DNA from: Flavobacteriaceae bacterium | GTDB taxonomy: Bacteria; Pseudomonadota; Alphaproteobacteria; Rhizobiales; Tepidamorphaceae | DNA length: 49,156 bases | Reading direction: 5' to 3' | Assembly: GCA_050186955.1 (NCBI GenBank) | Contig: JBFWXZ010000001.1 | Span: forward strand, 1-49,156 | Part shown: positions 11,242 through 20,861 of the stretch, in pieces | Numbering within the stretch: position 1 is the first letter of the stretch | Layout: each line of letters opens with the position of its first letter | Position numbers and translations under genes: made by a program | The notes under the pieces: model-generated | What the model was told of the DNA's origin: nothing | The model's input: only the letters and a program-made list of their open reading frames with translations | The model's database searches: none

Positions 11242-11871
11242 CTAGTCGAACAGTGCGTCGATGTCCGACTGCGAGACGCCGCCGGCCGACGGGCCGTGCA
11301 GGATCAGGTCTTCCTTGCGCTCGGCGCGCGACTTCTCCGCCTCGTCGGCATGGCCCTCGGCGTCGGCGACGTCGAAATGCGCCGCGAAGCGCGAAAGCCG
11401 CGTCTCGATGAACTGCAGCGTCTCCACCACCTTGGCGATGCGCTGGCCGGCGAGGTCCTGGAAGGCGCAGGCCTCGAAGACGGTGATGAGCTTTTCCTCG
11501 ACGAAGGCGCGGTATTCGTCCGGGGTTTCGGGCGCCTCGCCCATGATCGCCTCGGCCGTCTCCATGATCTGGTGGGTCGCCTGCTCGGTCGAGGCGACGA
11601 CGCTCTGGAGTTCTTCGCCGGCGCTCGGGATGCGGTTGCGGGTGACCTCGCCGGCCTGCAGGCGGGCGATTTCCTCCTTCATCACGTCGATATGGTCGAC
11701 GATGTCGCGGAATTCGCGATGCAGCGTCTCGCTCTCGCGCGCCACCTCGTCATTGACGGCGGCGGCCATCAGCCGCGTCAGCGCGATGACGTCGCTGGCG
11801 CCGATGCCCTCGCGGGCCGAATTCTGCAGATATTCGATGACCGGCGCGATCGCCGCGTTGGACTGGCCCAT
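11242..11871 (-). CDS. cheZ: CheZ-like CheY-P phosphatase
   Basis: 209 aa. AFQDLAGQRI matches the E. coli CheZ catalytic D..Q block (FQDLTGQ). The acidic C-terminal peptide SQSDIDALFD resembles the CheY-binding tail. It lies 52 nt downstream of a cheY gene. Confidence 0.75.
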   Translation of the reverse strand: MGQSNAAIAPVIEYLQNSAREGIGASDVIALTRLMAAAVNDEVARESETLHREFRDIVDHIDVMKEEIARLQAGEVTRNRIPSAGEELQSVVASTEQATHQIMETAEAIMGEAPETPDEYRAFVEEKLITVFEACAFQDLAGQRIAKVVETLQFIETRLSRFAAHFDVADAEGHADEAEKSRAERKEDLILHGPSAGGVSQSDIDALFD

Positions 11872-11923
11872 GCGCCCTACCCCCTGATGCCCGTGATCGT
11901 CGCCGAGGCCGTTGGCCGTTGCG

Positions 11924-12307
11924 TCATTCGCCGAAGACGGCGTCGATCTTGGCTTTCAGGGTCGCCGCGTTGAACGGCTTCACGATGTAGTTGTTCACGC
12001 CGGCCTTCTTCGCGGCGATGACGTTCTCGGTCTTCGATTCCGCGGTGATCATGATGAAGGGCGTGCGGCCGAGCCTCTCGTCGCTGCGGACCTGCTTCAG
12101 CAGTTCGTATCCGGTCATCGGTTCCATGTTCCAGTCGGAAATGACGAGGCCGTATTTGCGGGATCTCATCTTCTCCAGCGCCTCGGTGCCGTCGGCGGCC
12201 TCGTCGACCTCGTTGAAGCCGAGCTGCTTGAGAAGATTGCGGATGATGCGGATCATCGTCTTGTAATCGTCGACGACGAGCACCGGCATCGAAAGATCAA
12301 CGGCCAT
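11924..12307 (-). CDS. cheY: single-domain CheY-like response regulator
   Basis: 127 aa. It has VVDD, ISDWNMEPMTG (phospho-Asp), ITAES and NYIVKPF, a close match to chemotaxis CheY. Trimmed to the ATG at 12307. Confidence 0.9.
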   Translation of the reverse strand: MAVDLSMPVLVVDDYKTMIRIIRNLLKQLGFNEVDEAADGTEALEKMRSRKYGLVISDWNMEPMTGYELLKQVRSDERLGRTPFIMITAESKTENVIAAKKAGVNNYIVKPFNAATLKAKIDAVFGE

Positions 12308-12427
12308 GTCAAACGCCCCGTTCTGATGGACCGCCCCCCGGGGCGCCCCTCCCGATTCCCCTTCGCGAGGGCGCGCGGACACGCCACACAAGCCTCGCAG
12401 TTCACCTGAGAAGTTAGGCGGGGGCGG

Positions 12428-12444
12428 GTGAAAACTCGGTTAAC
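12428..12444 (-). promoter_or_regulatory. CtrA-box-like motif upstream of cheY (TTAA-N7-TTCAC)
   Basis: The minus strand reads GTTAACCGAGTTTTCAC, one mismatch to TTAA-N7-TTAAC. It lies about 125 nt upstream of the cheY ATG, in the cheY/maoC divergent region. Confidence 0.2.
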
Positions 12445-12536
12445 GCGCGTCTGCATTGGAGCCACGCGCCGAGGGCTGTTGCGCCCGGCCTGCCGCCGGA
12501 CTAGTTTTTCGCGCTGCAAAATCGCGGGGGACGGAG

Positions 12537-12974
12537 ATGCTCGCAAAGCCCGGATTCGGATACGTCTTCGACGAGCTCGAGGTCGGCATGTCCGAGACCA
12601 TCATGCGCACCGTCATGTCGCAGGACGTGATCGGCTTCGCGCAGCTTTCCGGCGACAACAATCCCGTCCATCTGAGCGACCATTTCGCCGCCAAGACGCC
12701 GTTCCGCGAGCGCATCGCCCACGGCCTCTACACCGCCAGCCTGATCTCGGCGCTGCTCGGCACCAAGCTGCCCGGCCCCGGCGCGATCTACATCACCCAG
12801 ACGCTCAACTTCCGCGCGCCGGTGAAGATCGGCGACGTCATCGTCGCCAAGGTCACCGTCGAGTCGCTGGACACCGAGAAGCAGCGCGCGACGCTGCACT
12901 GCGAATGCTTCGTCGACGCCCGCACGGTGCTCGACGGCGAGGCGATCGTCCGCGTGCCGGCCCGCGGCGAGTGA
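12537..12974 (+). CDS. MaoC-family (R)-specific enoyl-CoA hydratase/dehydratase
   Basis: Hot-dog fold block FAQLSGDNNPVHLS...FRERIAHG. ATG at 12537 after GGGGGACGGAG. Confidence 0.85.
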   Translation: MLAKPGFGYVFDELEVGMSETIMRTVMSQDVIGFAQLSGDNNPVHLSDHFAAKTPFRERIAHGLYTASLISALLGTKLPGPGAIYITQTLNFRAPVKIGDVIVAKVTVESLDTEKQRATLHCECFVDARTVLDGEAIVRVPARGE

Positions 12975-12988
12975 ATCCAAGGCATTCC

Positions 12989-13975
12989 GTGCGTTCGCCT
13001 TTCCAGGCCTCGGCCGGCGGTGCGGTGCCCGCGGAGCTGCGCGGCGCCGTCGTCGCCATCGGCAATTTCGACGGCGTTCACTGCGGCCACCAGGCGGTGC
13101 TCGGCCATGCCACCTCGATTGCCCGCGAGACCGGGCGCAAGGCGCTGGCGCTGACCTTCGAGCCGCATCCGCGCACCTTCTTCGTTCCCGACAAGCCGAT
13201 CTTCCGCCTTACCCCGCGCCTGCAGAAGCGCCGCCTGTTCGCGGCCATCGGCCTCGACGGCGCGGTGGAGATGGACTTCGACGCCGGTCTCGCCGCGATG
13301 CCGGCGGACGACTTCATCGCCGATGTGCTGCGCGACAGGCTCGCCGCGGCGCATGTGGTGGCCGGCTTCGACTTCCACTTCGGCAAGGGCCGTACCGGCT
13401 CGCCGGCGACGCTGGTCGAGGCCGGGCCCGCCATGGGCTTCGGCGTCACCATCGAGGAGGCGCATGGCGACGACGGCGGCACGGTGTTCTCCTCCAGCGC
13501 GGTGCGCGTCATGCTCGGTGACGGCGCGGTCGGCGAGGCGGCCGAGATGCTCGGCTACCACTGGTTCGTCGCCGGCGAGGTGCTGCACGGCGAGAAACGC
13601 GGCCGCACGCTCGGCTATCCCACCGCCAACATGGCGCTCGCCCCCGAATGCACGCTGCGGCACGGCGTCTACGCCGTCTTCGCGCGCCATGAGGGCAGGG
13701 TGCTCCCGGGCGTCGCCAGCTTCGGCCGGCGTCCGCAGTTCGACAACGGCGCGCCGCTGCTCGAGACCTTCCTGTTCGATTTCGACGGCGACCTCTACGG
13801 GACCTCGCCGGAGATCGCCTTTATCTCCTTCATCCGCGACGAGATGCGCTTCGACGGCGTCGACGCGCTGGTCGCGCGGATGGACGAGGACAGCGCCGCC
13901 GCCCGCGCCGCATTCGCCGCGCTGCGCTTAACCGCCATCGACCGCTTTCTCGCTGGCGGACCCGCCGTCGCATGA
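12989..13975 (+). CDS. ribF: bifunctional riboflavin kinase / FMN adenylyltransferase
   Basis: GNFDGVHCGHQ, GFDFHFGKGR.G and GEKRGRTLGYPTAN motifs. In-frame GTG at 12989. The upstream part of track ORF 12428..13975 overlaps maoC and is not coding. Confidence 0.9.
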   Translation: MRSPFQASAGGAVPAELRGAVVAIGNFDGVHCGHQAVLGHATSIARETGRKALALTFEPHPRTFFVPDKPIFRLTPRLQKRRLFAAIGLDGAVEMDFDAGLAAMPADDFIADVLRDRLAAAHVVAGFDFHFGKGRTGSPATLVEAGPAMGFGVTIEEAHGDDGGTVFSSSAVRVMLGDGAVGEAAEMLGYHWFVAGEVLHGEKRGRTLGYPTANMALAPECTLRHGVYAVFARHEGRVLPGVASFGRRPQFDNGAPLLETFLFDFDGDLYGTSPEIAFISFIRDEMRFDGVDALVARMDEDSAAARAAFAALRLTAIDRFLAGGPAVA

Positions 13976-14895
13976 GCCCGCTTCCCTCCGAGCCGCGCCT
14001 CGCGGCCGGCATCCTCTGCATGTTGGCGGCCATGGTCATCCTGCCCTTCATGGACGCCACCGCCAAGATTCTCGGCGCCGAGCTGCCGCCGATCCAGATC
14101 GCCTGGGGCCGCCAGCTCGTGCAGATGCTGCTGATGCTGCCGGTGGTGCTCTGGCTCTACGGGCGCTCCGGCCTGATCTCGCGCCCGGTCGGCCCGCAGA
14201 CGCTGCGCGGCCTCGTCATGGCCGTCGCCAACCTCGCCTTCTTCACCGCCGTGGTCTACATGCCGATCGCCGACGCGCTGGCGATCTTCTTCGTCTCGCC
14301 GCTGATCACCACGGCGGCCTCGGCGATCTTCCTCAAGGAGCCGGTCGGCCCGCGTCGCTGGGTCGCGGTGGTTATCGGCCTCGTCGGCGCGCTGATCATC
14401 ATCCGGCCCGGCTCCGGCGTCTTCGGCCCGGCGGCGATCCTGCCCATCGTCACCGCCTGCCTGTTCTCCGCCTATCTGCTGCTGACGCGCTCGATGTCGG
14501 TCTCCGCCCCGGCGGTGCAGATGAACTACTGGACGGCGGTTTCCGGCTTCATGATCTTCAGCCTCATCATCGGGGTCGCCAGGGCCGGCGGCATCGCCGA
14601 TCTCTATATCGCCCCCGACGCCCGGCAATGGGCGATGATCGCGGCCATCGGGGCGATCTCCACCGTCGGCCACTTCCTGCTGATCCAGGCCTTCATCCGG
14701 GTTCCCGCCGCGACGCTGGCGCCGCTCAACTACGCCGAGATCGTCGGCGCCGTCGGCATCGGCTGGTGGTGGTTCAACGACTTCCCCGACCTGTGGAGCT
14801 GGGTCGGCATCGCCGTCATCGTCGCCAGCGGCCTGTTCGTGTGGATGCGCGAGCGCGTCCAGCACGCTCCCTCCCAGGTCTCGCGGCGCTCCTGA
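13972..14895 (+). CDS. DMT superfamily (EamA-like) transporter
   Basis: 307 aa with ten hydrophobic segments. Its ATG overlaps the ribF stop (ATGA at 13972-13975). Confidence 0.85.
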   Translation: MSPLPSEPRLAAGILCMLAAMVILPFMDATAKILGAELPPIQIAWGRQLVQMLLMLPVVLWLYGRSGLISRPVGPQTLRGLVMAVANLAFFTAVVYMPIADALAIFFVSPLITTAASAIFLKEPVGPRRWVAVVIGLVGALIIIRPGSGVFGPAAILPIVTACLFSAYLLLTRSMSVSAPAVQMNYWTAVSGFMIFSLIIGVARAGGIADLYIAPDARQWAMIAAIGAISTVGHFLLIQAFIRVPAATLAPLNYAEIVGAVGIGWWWFNDFPDLWSWVGIAVIVASGLFVWMRERVQHAPSQVSRRS

Positions 14896-15107
14896 GGGGC
14901 TTCCCTCGGGCGGTGAAGCACACTAGAAGTCGCGCCATGTGTTGCCGTCGCTCCGTTTCGCCGATACCGCGAATTATCCGCCCGGCTTCCCGCGCCTGAG
15001 AAACGGCGTTTCGGGGATGCCGGGCGATTGCGTGAACCCTTGAATCTCCCGATGCCGCGGCGCCCCTGTTCGATTGCCGCCCGGCACGACGACAAATCTG
15101 GAAGACG

Positions 15108-18083
15108 ATGAGCGAGACCAAAACCGAGACCGCGGGACGCGACTATTCCGACACGCTGTTCCTGCCCAGGACCGATTTCCCGATGCGCGCCGGGCTGCCC
15201 CAGAAGGAGCCCGAGCTGATCGCCCGCTGGGACCGCATGGGCCTCTACGACCGGCTGCGCGAGGCGGGCAGGGGGCGCGACAAATACATCCTCCACGACG
15301 GCCCGCCCTACGCCAACGGCCATCTCCATATCGGCCACGCGCTGAACAAGATCCTCAAGGACGCGGTCACCCGCTCCAAGCAGATGGCGGGCTACGAATC
15401 CAACTACGTGCCCGGCTGGGACTGCCACGGCCTGCCCATCGAGTGGAAAATCGAGGAGCAGTACCGCGCCGAGGGCCGCGACAAGGACCAGGTGCCGGTC
15501 AACGAGTTCCGCCGCCAGTGCCGGGAATTCGCCGAGCACTGGGTGAAGGTGCAGACCGAGGAGTTCCGGCGCATGGGCGTCGAGGGCGATTTCGCCCATC
15601 CCTATCTGACCATGAGCTTCGAGGCCGAGGCGACCATCGCCGCCGAGCTGATGAAATTCGCTAAATCCGGCCAGCTCTATCGCGGCTCCAAGCCGGTCAT
15701 GTGGTCGGTGGTCGAGCGCACGGCGCTGGCCGAGGCCGAGGTCGAGTACCACGACTACCAGTCGGATACCGTCTGGGTGAAGTTTCCGGTCGGGCGAATG
15801 ATCGGTGCTCTTGCGAAGCGTTCGGGTCTCGGTCCTGACGATTTGGCTGGAGCTTCCGTCGTCATCTGGACGACGACGCCTTGGACGATCCCCGGCAACC
15901 GCGCGATCTCCTTCTCGCCGAAGATTGCCTACGGCCTCTACGAGGTGACGGGGGCGGAGAATGATTTCGGGCCCCAGGCCGGCGAGAAACTCGTCTTCGC
16001 CGACGCGCTGGCCGAGGAATCCTTCGCCAAGGCGAAGCTGACCTACAAGCGGCTGCGTGACGTCACAGCAACTGAGTTGGAGGCATTCGTCTGCGCCCAC
16101 CCGCTCAAGGGCCTCGGCGGCGGCTACGAATTCGACGTGCCGCTGATCCCCGGCGACCACGTCACCGACGACGCCGGCACCGGCTTCGTCCACACCGCGC
16201 CGGGCCACGGCCGCGAGGACTTCGAGGCGTGGATGGACCACGGGCGCGAGCTGGAAGCCCGCGGCATCGACACCACGATCCCCTTCACCGTCGGTCCCGA
16301 CGGCCGCTTCACCAGGGACGCGCCGGGCTTCGAGGGCCGGCAGGTCATCACCGACGATGGCGACAAGGGCGACGCCAACCAGGCGGTCATCGACGCGCTG
16401 ATCGAGCGCGGCATGCTGTTCGCGCGCGGCCGGCTGAAGCACCAGTATCCGCATTCCTGGCGCTCCAAGAAGCCGGTCATCTTCCGCAACACGCCGCAGT
16501 GGTTCGTCTATATGGACCGCGACATCGACGGCCCGGGCGACACGCTGCGCACGCGCGCCCTCGACGCCATCGACGCCACCCGCTTCGTGCCGAAGGCGGG
16601 GCAGAACCGCCTGCGCGGCATGATCGAGGCGCGGCCCGACTGGGTGCTGTCGCGCCAGCGCGCCTGGGGCGTGCCGATCGCCGTCTTCGTCCGCGGCGAG
16701 ACCGGCGAGGTGCTGCTCGACGACGCGGTCAACGAGCGCATCGTCGAGGCCTTCCGCGCCGAGGGCGCCGACGCCTGGTTCGCCGAAGGGGCCAAGGAGC
16801 GCTTCCTCGGCAACGCCTACGACCCCGCCGAGTGGGAGCAGGTCATGGACATCCTCGATGTCTGGTTCGATTCCGGCTCCACCCACGCCTTCGTGCTGGA
16901 GAAGCGCGACGATGTGAGATGCCTGCGCAAGGTCGACGGCGGCCGCGACACCGTCATGTATCTGGAAGGCTCCGACCAGCATCGCGGCTGGTTCCATTCC
17001 TCGCTGCTGGAAAGCTGCGGCACGCGCGGCCGCGCGCCCTTCGACGACGTGCTCACCCACGGCTTCGTCATGGACGAGGAGGGGCGCAAGATGTCGAAGT
17101 CGCTCGGCAACATCGTCGCCCCGCAGCAGGTCATCGGGCAGTCGGGCGCCGACATCCTGCGCCTCTGGGTCGCCTTCGCCGACTATTCGGAAGACCTGCG
17201 CATCGGCCCGGAAATCCTCAAGACCACGGTCGAGGCCTACCGCAAGCTGCGCAACACCGTGCGCTGGATGCTCGGCACGCTCGCCCATTTCGAGGGCGAC
17301 GTGGTCGCCGTCGAGGACATGCCCGAGCTCGAGCGCTACATGCTCGACCGGCTGGCGCGGCTGTCCGTGCTGGTCGAGAAGGCCTATGCCGATTTCGACT
17401 TCAAGCGCATCTGCCAGGCGCTGTTCAACTTCGCCACCGTCGATCTCTCGGCCTTCTATTTCGACATCCGCAAGGACGCGCTCTACTGCGATCCGATCTC
17501 GAGCGTCAGGCGCAAGGCCTCGCTTCTCGTCATCGACCGCATCTTCTCCGCGCTGGTGAAATGGCTCGCCCCGCTGCTGCCCTTCACCACCGAGGAGGCG
17601 TGGCTGGAGCGCAATCCGGGCGACGACGTCTCGGTGCATCTGGAGACCTTCGACGAGATCCCGGCGAACTGGCGCGACGACGCGCTGGCCGCGCGCTGGG
17701 AGAAGGTGCGCCGGGTGCGCCGGGTGGTCACCGGCGCGCTGGAGGTCGAGCGCCGCGACAAGCGGGTCCGCTCCTCCCTCGACGCCGCCCCCATCCTCTA
17801 TCTCTCCGACGAGGCGCTGCTCGCCGCCATCGGCGATCTCGACATGGCCGAGATCTCGATCACCTCGGGTTTCTCCGTGCGCCCGCTCGCCGAGGCGCCG
17901 GAAGGCGCCTTCCGCCTGCCCGAGATCGACGCGGCGGTGCTCGTTGCCCTCGCCGAGGGCAGGAAATGCGCCCGCTCGTGGAAGATCACGCCGGATGTCG
18001 GGGAGGACCCCGACTATCCCGATCTCAGCCTGCGCGACGCCGCCGCCATGCGCGAGCGCGCCGCCGCCGGACTGGAAGCCTGA
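15108..18083 (+). CDS. ileS: isoleucine--tRNA ligase
   Basis: 991 aa. HIGH ([12 protein letters not shown]), KMSKS, and the WTTTPWT and WCISRQ-like ([10 protein letters not shown]) blocks. Confidence 0.98.
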   Translation: MSETKTETAGRDYSDTLFLPRTDFPMRAGLPQKEPELIARWDRMGLYDRLREAGRGRDKYILHDGPPYANGHLHIGHALNKILKDAVTRSKQMAGYESNYVPGWDCHGLPIEWKIEEQYRAEGRDKDQVPVNEFRRQCREFAEHWVKVQTEEFRRMGVEGDFAHPYLTMSFEAEATIAAELMKFAKSGQLYRGSKPVMWSVVERTALAEAEVEYHDYQSDTVWVKFPVGRMIGALAKRSGLGPDDLAGASVVIWTTTPWTIPGNRAISFSPKIAYGLYEVTGAENDFGPQAGEKLVFADALAEESFAKAKLTYKRLRDVTATELEAFVCAHPLKGLGGGYEFDVPLIPGDHVTDDAGTGFVHTAPGHGREDFEAWMDHGRELEARGIDTTIPFTVGPDGRFTRDAPGFEGRQVITDDGDKGDANQAVIDALIERGMLFARGRLKHQYPHSWRSKKPVIFRNTPQWFVYMDRDIDGPGDTLRTRALDAIDATRFVPKAGQNRLRGMIEARPDWVLSRQRAWGVPIAVFVRGETGEVLLDDAVNERIVEAFRAEGADAWFAEGAKERFLGNAYDPAEWEQVMDILDVWFDSGSTHAFVLEKRDDVRCLRKVDGGRDTVMYLEGSDQHRGWFHSSLLESCGTRGRAPFDDVLTHGFVMDEEGRKMSKSLGNIVAPQQVIGQSGADILRLWVAFADYSEDLRIGPEILKTTVEAYRKLRNTVRWMLGTLAHFEGDVVAVEDMPELERYMLDRLARLSVLVEKAYADFDFKRICQALFNFATVDLSAFYFDIRKDALYCDPISSVRRKASLLVIDRIFSALVKWLAPLLPFTTEEAWLERNPGDDVSVHLETFDEIPANWRDDALAARWEKVRRVRRVVTGALEVERRDKRVRSSLDAAPILYLSDEALLAAIGDLDMAEISITSGFSVRPLAEAPEGAFRLPEIDAAVLVALAEGRKCARSWKITPDVGEDPDYPDLSLRDAAAMRERAAAGLEA

Positions 18084-18088
18084 CGCCC

Positions 18089-18586
18089 TTGACGACGCGC
18101 CGCCATCCGCTTGCCGGCTGGACGGCGGCGCTGCTCGTCCTCGCGCTCGACCAGGCGAGCAAATACTGGTTCGTCGACGTCTACGGCATCGCCGGCCGGC
18201 CGCCGCTGCGCGTCACCGGCTTCTTCGACATCCTGCTGGTGTGGAACTACGGCATCAGCTACGGCCTGTTCCAGCAGGACGGCGAGCTCGGCCGCTACGT
18301 GCTGATCGGCCTTACCGTGCTCGCCTGCCTGCTCATCGCGGTGTGGATGCGGCGCTCCGCCGGACGTATCGCCGCGCTGTCGCTCGGCCTCATCCTCGGC
18401 GGCGCCGTCGGCAACGCGATCGACCGCATATTCCGCGGCGCGGTGGTCGACCTCTTCCACTTCCACTGGGGCGATTTCTCCTGGTACGTGTTTAACCTTG
18501 CGGACGCCGCCATCGTTGCCGGTGTGGCGGGTCTGTTGTATGACTCCTTCCTCGGCGGTCACAATCGCGCCCAGAATCCCGGATAG
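18089..18586 (+). CDS. lspA: lipoprotein signal peptidase (signal peptidase II)
   Basis: The LDQ.SK, NYG.SYG, GGA.GN.IDR and VFN.AD blocks. In-frame TTG at 18089, 5 nt after the ileS stop. Start uncertain. Confidence 0.9.
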   Translation: MTTRRHPLAGWTAALLVLALDQASKYWFVDVYGIAGRPPLRVTGFFDILLVWNYGISYGLFQQDGELGRYVLIGLTVLACLLIAVWMRRSAGRIAALSLGLILGGAVGNAIDRIFRGAVVDLFHFHWGDFSWYVFNLADAAIVAGVAGLLYDSFLGGHNRAQNPG

Positions 18587-18647
18587 ATCGGGACGACAGA
18601 CGGCGCATGGCCGGTGTCGCCGCCTTATCGGCGGCACGGACCGGAAA

Positions 18648-19364
18648 ATGACGGGATCCAACTCGCTGATGTTCGAGAGATTTTCAGGCCTGAAGGCCCT
18701 TGTTTTGATTTGCGCGGGCGCCCTGCTCGCCGGCTGCTCGTCCTCCGAGATGGCCGGCTTCGACGGCGGCAGCGCGAGCAAGGCGGCCTTCGATCCGCTC
18801 GTCAGCCTCGGCCTCGCCGAACCCGACAAGCCGGAAATCGAGTACAAGCCGCGCGCGCCGCTGGTCATGCCGCCGAGCACGGCGCTGCAGCAGCCGCATG
18901 CCGCGAGCGTCGACCGCGGCCCGCAATGGCCCAACGATCCCGACGCCCAGGCCCGCGCCTTCGAGGAGCGCCGCAAGGAAGCCGCCAAGAAGGACGACCG
19001 CTACAAGGACGTGAACCGCGAGCGCGCCAACCGCGTCCTGTCGCCGCAGCAGCTCGAGCAGTGGGCGGCCAATGCCGGCCAGCGCGGCCGCTACCAGCAC
19101 CGCGACGGCGAGACCATGTACATCCCCAACGAGGCGCCCTCGCGGACCGTCTCGCCGGGCGAGATGGCAGCCGGTGCCGGGGCGCCGCCCGCCGACCTGC
19201 CGCAGACCGTCTACGCCGAGCCGGAGCGTGAGTATCTCTCCGATCCGCCGGTCGGCTTCCGCCAGCCCGCGCCGGACTCCGTGGTGCCGATAAAGCAGGG
19301 CCCGGCGATCTTCACCCGCGACACCAGGCCGACCCGCGTCGACCAGGATTTCAAGCCAGAATAA
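18648..19364 (+). CDS. lipoprotein, possibly DUF3035/BamF-type
   Basis: Signal peptide with lipobox LLAGC|SSS, followed by a Pro-rich, low-complexity body containing RAPLVMPPS. The family name is from recall only. ATG at 18648, with 18669 as an alternative. Confidence 0.7.
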   Translation: MTGSNSLMFERFSGLKALVLICAGALLAGCSSSEMAGFDGGSASKAAFDPLVSLGLAEPDKPEIEYKPRAPLVMPPSTALQQPHAASVDRGPQWPNDPDAQARAFEERRKEAAKKDDRYKDVNRERANRVLSPQQLEQWAANAGQRGRYQHRDGETMYIPNEAPSRTVSPGEMAAGAGAPPADLPQTVYAEPEREYLSDPPVGFRQPAPDSVVPIKQGPAIFTRDTRPTRVDQDFKPE

Positions 19365-19371
19365 CGATTTG

Positions 19372-19393
19372 AGGCGCGCCCGCGGGCGCGCCT
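19372..19393 (+). terminator. hairpin terminator candidate after the lipoprotein gene
   Basis: AGGCGCGCC-CGCG-GGCGCGCCT 9-bp stem, followed by TTCGCGTT (a weak T-tract). Confidence 0.4.
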
Positions 19394-19493
19394 TTCGCGT
19401 TCCGCCCGTGGCCGGCAGCCCCGCCGCGCCCTATAACGCGGAATTGACCGGCCGCCGCGCGGCCGCCCGATACTTTTCTCGTCGAGGTCACGC

Positions 19494-20861
19494 ATGAGAC
19501 GCCGCCCGGCCGCACAATGCGCGCGACTAGCCCTGCTGGCGGTCGCGCTTCTCTTCGCGACGCTCGCCCCGCGTCTCGCCGCGGCCGCCGATGTCGGCCA
19601 TTTCTTCCTCGACAACGGTCTGGAGGTGGTCGTCGTGCCCGACCACCGCAGCCCCGTCGTCACCCACATGATCTGGTACAAGGTCGGCTCCGCCGACGAG
19701 GAGCCCGGCAAGGCCGGCGTCGCCCATTTCCTCGAGCACCTGCTGTTCAAGGGCACCCCGAAACATCCCGGCAGCAGCTTCTCCGACACCGTCGCCGCCA
19801 TCGGCGGCTCGGAGAACGCCTTCACCTCCTACGACTACACCGCCTACTATCAGCGCGTCGCCCGCGAGCACCTGCCCCTCGTCATGGAGATGGAGGCGGA
19901 CCGCATGACCAACCTCATCCTCACCGACGACGTGGTGGCGCGCGAGCGCGACGTGGTGCTGGAGGAGCGCCGCAGCCGGGTCGAGAACGACCCCGGCTCC
20001 AAGCTCGGCGAGGTCCTCGACGCGACCTTCTATCTGGAGCATCCCTACGGCCGTCCGGTCATCGGCTGGATGCAGGAGATCGAGGCGCTCGACCGCGAGG
20101 ACGCGCTCGACGTCTATACCCGCTACTACACCCCCAACAACGCCGTGCTCGTCGTCGCCGGCGACGTCGAGCCCGACGAGGTGCGCGCGCTCGCCGCCAG
20201 GACCTACGGAGAGGTCGCCCGCCGCGCCGATCCGCCGCCGCGCATCCGCCGCGCCGAGCCCGATGTCGACGCCGAGCGCCGCGTGCTGCTGCGCGATCCC
20301 TCGACCGAACAGGAGAGCCTGCGCCGCGAATATCACGTGCCGAGCTACACCACCGCCGAGCCCGGCGTGGCCGAGGCCCTGGACGTGCTCGGCGAGGCCT
20401 TCGGCGGCGGCGCCACGAGCCGCCTCTACCGCCGCCTCGTCGTCGAGCGCAAGCTCGCCGCCGGCGCCGGCGGCTACTACCAGGCGAGCGCGCTGGACGA
20501 CACCGCCTTCCATCTCTACGCGGTGCCCGCCGACGGCGTCGATCTCGCGACGCTGGAGAAGGCGATGGACGAGGAGGTCGCCGACCTTGTCGCCAACGGC
20601 CTCGACGCCGACGACATCGAGCGCGCCAAGCGCAACATCATCGCCGAGGCAGTCTACGCCCGCGACAGCCAGAGCGCCATGGCCCGCATCTACGGCACCG
20701 CGCTGACCACGGGATCGACCGTCGAGGCCGTCGAGGGCTGGGCCGACGCCATCCGCGCGGTCACGCCGGAGGACGTCGACAAGGCGGCGCGCGACTGGCT
20801 GCGGATCGGCCGCTCGGCCACCGGCTGGCTGGTCAGGCAAGCGCCGAAGGAGCCGTCATGA
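19494..20861 (+). CDS. M16 (pitrilysin) family zinc peptidase, catalytic subunit
   Basis: Signal peptide, HFLEH zinc motif (HxxEH) and the downstream ENAFT..D.T.Y block. Confidence 0.9.
   Translation: MRRRPAAQCARLALLAVALLFATLAPRLAAAADVGHFFLDNGLEVVVVPDHRSPVVTHMIWYKVGSADEEPGKAGVAHFLEHLLFKGTPKHPGSSFSDTVAAIGGSENAFTSYDYTAYYQRVAREHLPLVMEMEADRMTNLILTDDVVARERDVVLEERRSRVENDPGSKLGEVLDATFYLEHPYGRPVIGWMQEIEALDREDALDVYTRYYTPNNAVLVVAGDVEPDEVRALAARTYGEVARRADPPPRIRRAEPDVDAERRVLLRDPSTEQESLRREYHVPSYTTAEPGVAEALDVLGEAFGGGATSRLYRRLVVERKLAAGAGGYYQASALDDTAFHLYAVPADGVDLATLEKAMDEEVADLVANGLDADDIERAKRNIIAEAVYARDSQSAMARIYGTALTTGSTVEAVEGWADAIRAVTPEDVDKAARDWLRIGRSATGWLVRQAPKEPS

Noticed and set aside
12428-13975. Track ORFs that fuse real genes to long N-terminal extensions: 12428-13975 (ribF), 16229-18586 (lspA), 19517-22180 (second M16), 23094-25397 (mutL), 45196-47079 (ubiA), 45319-46902 (rsmE), 32811-34322 (kinase) and 31064-33049 (transaminase).
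   Set aside because: The extensions overlap upstream genes in other frames and are Arg/Pro/Gly-rich. Starts were reset to in-frame ATG, GTG or TTG codons that give family-typical N-termini, often with 4-nt stop/start overlaps.
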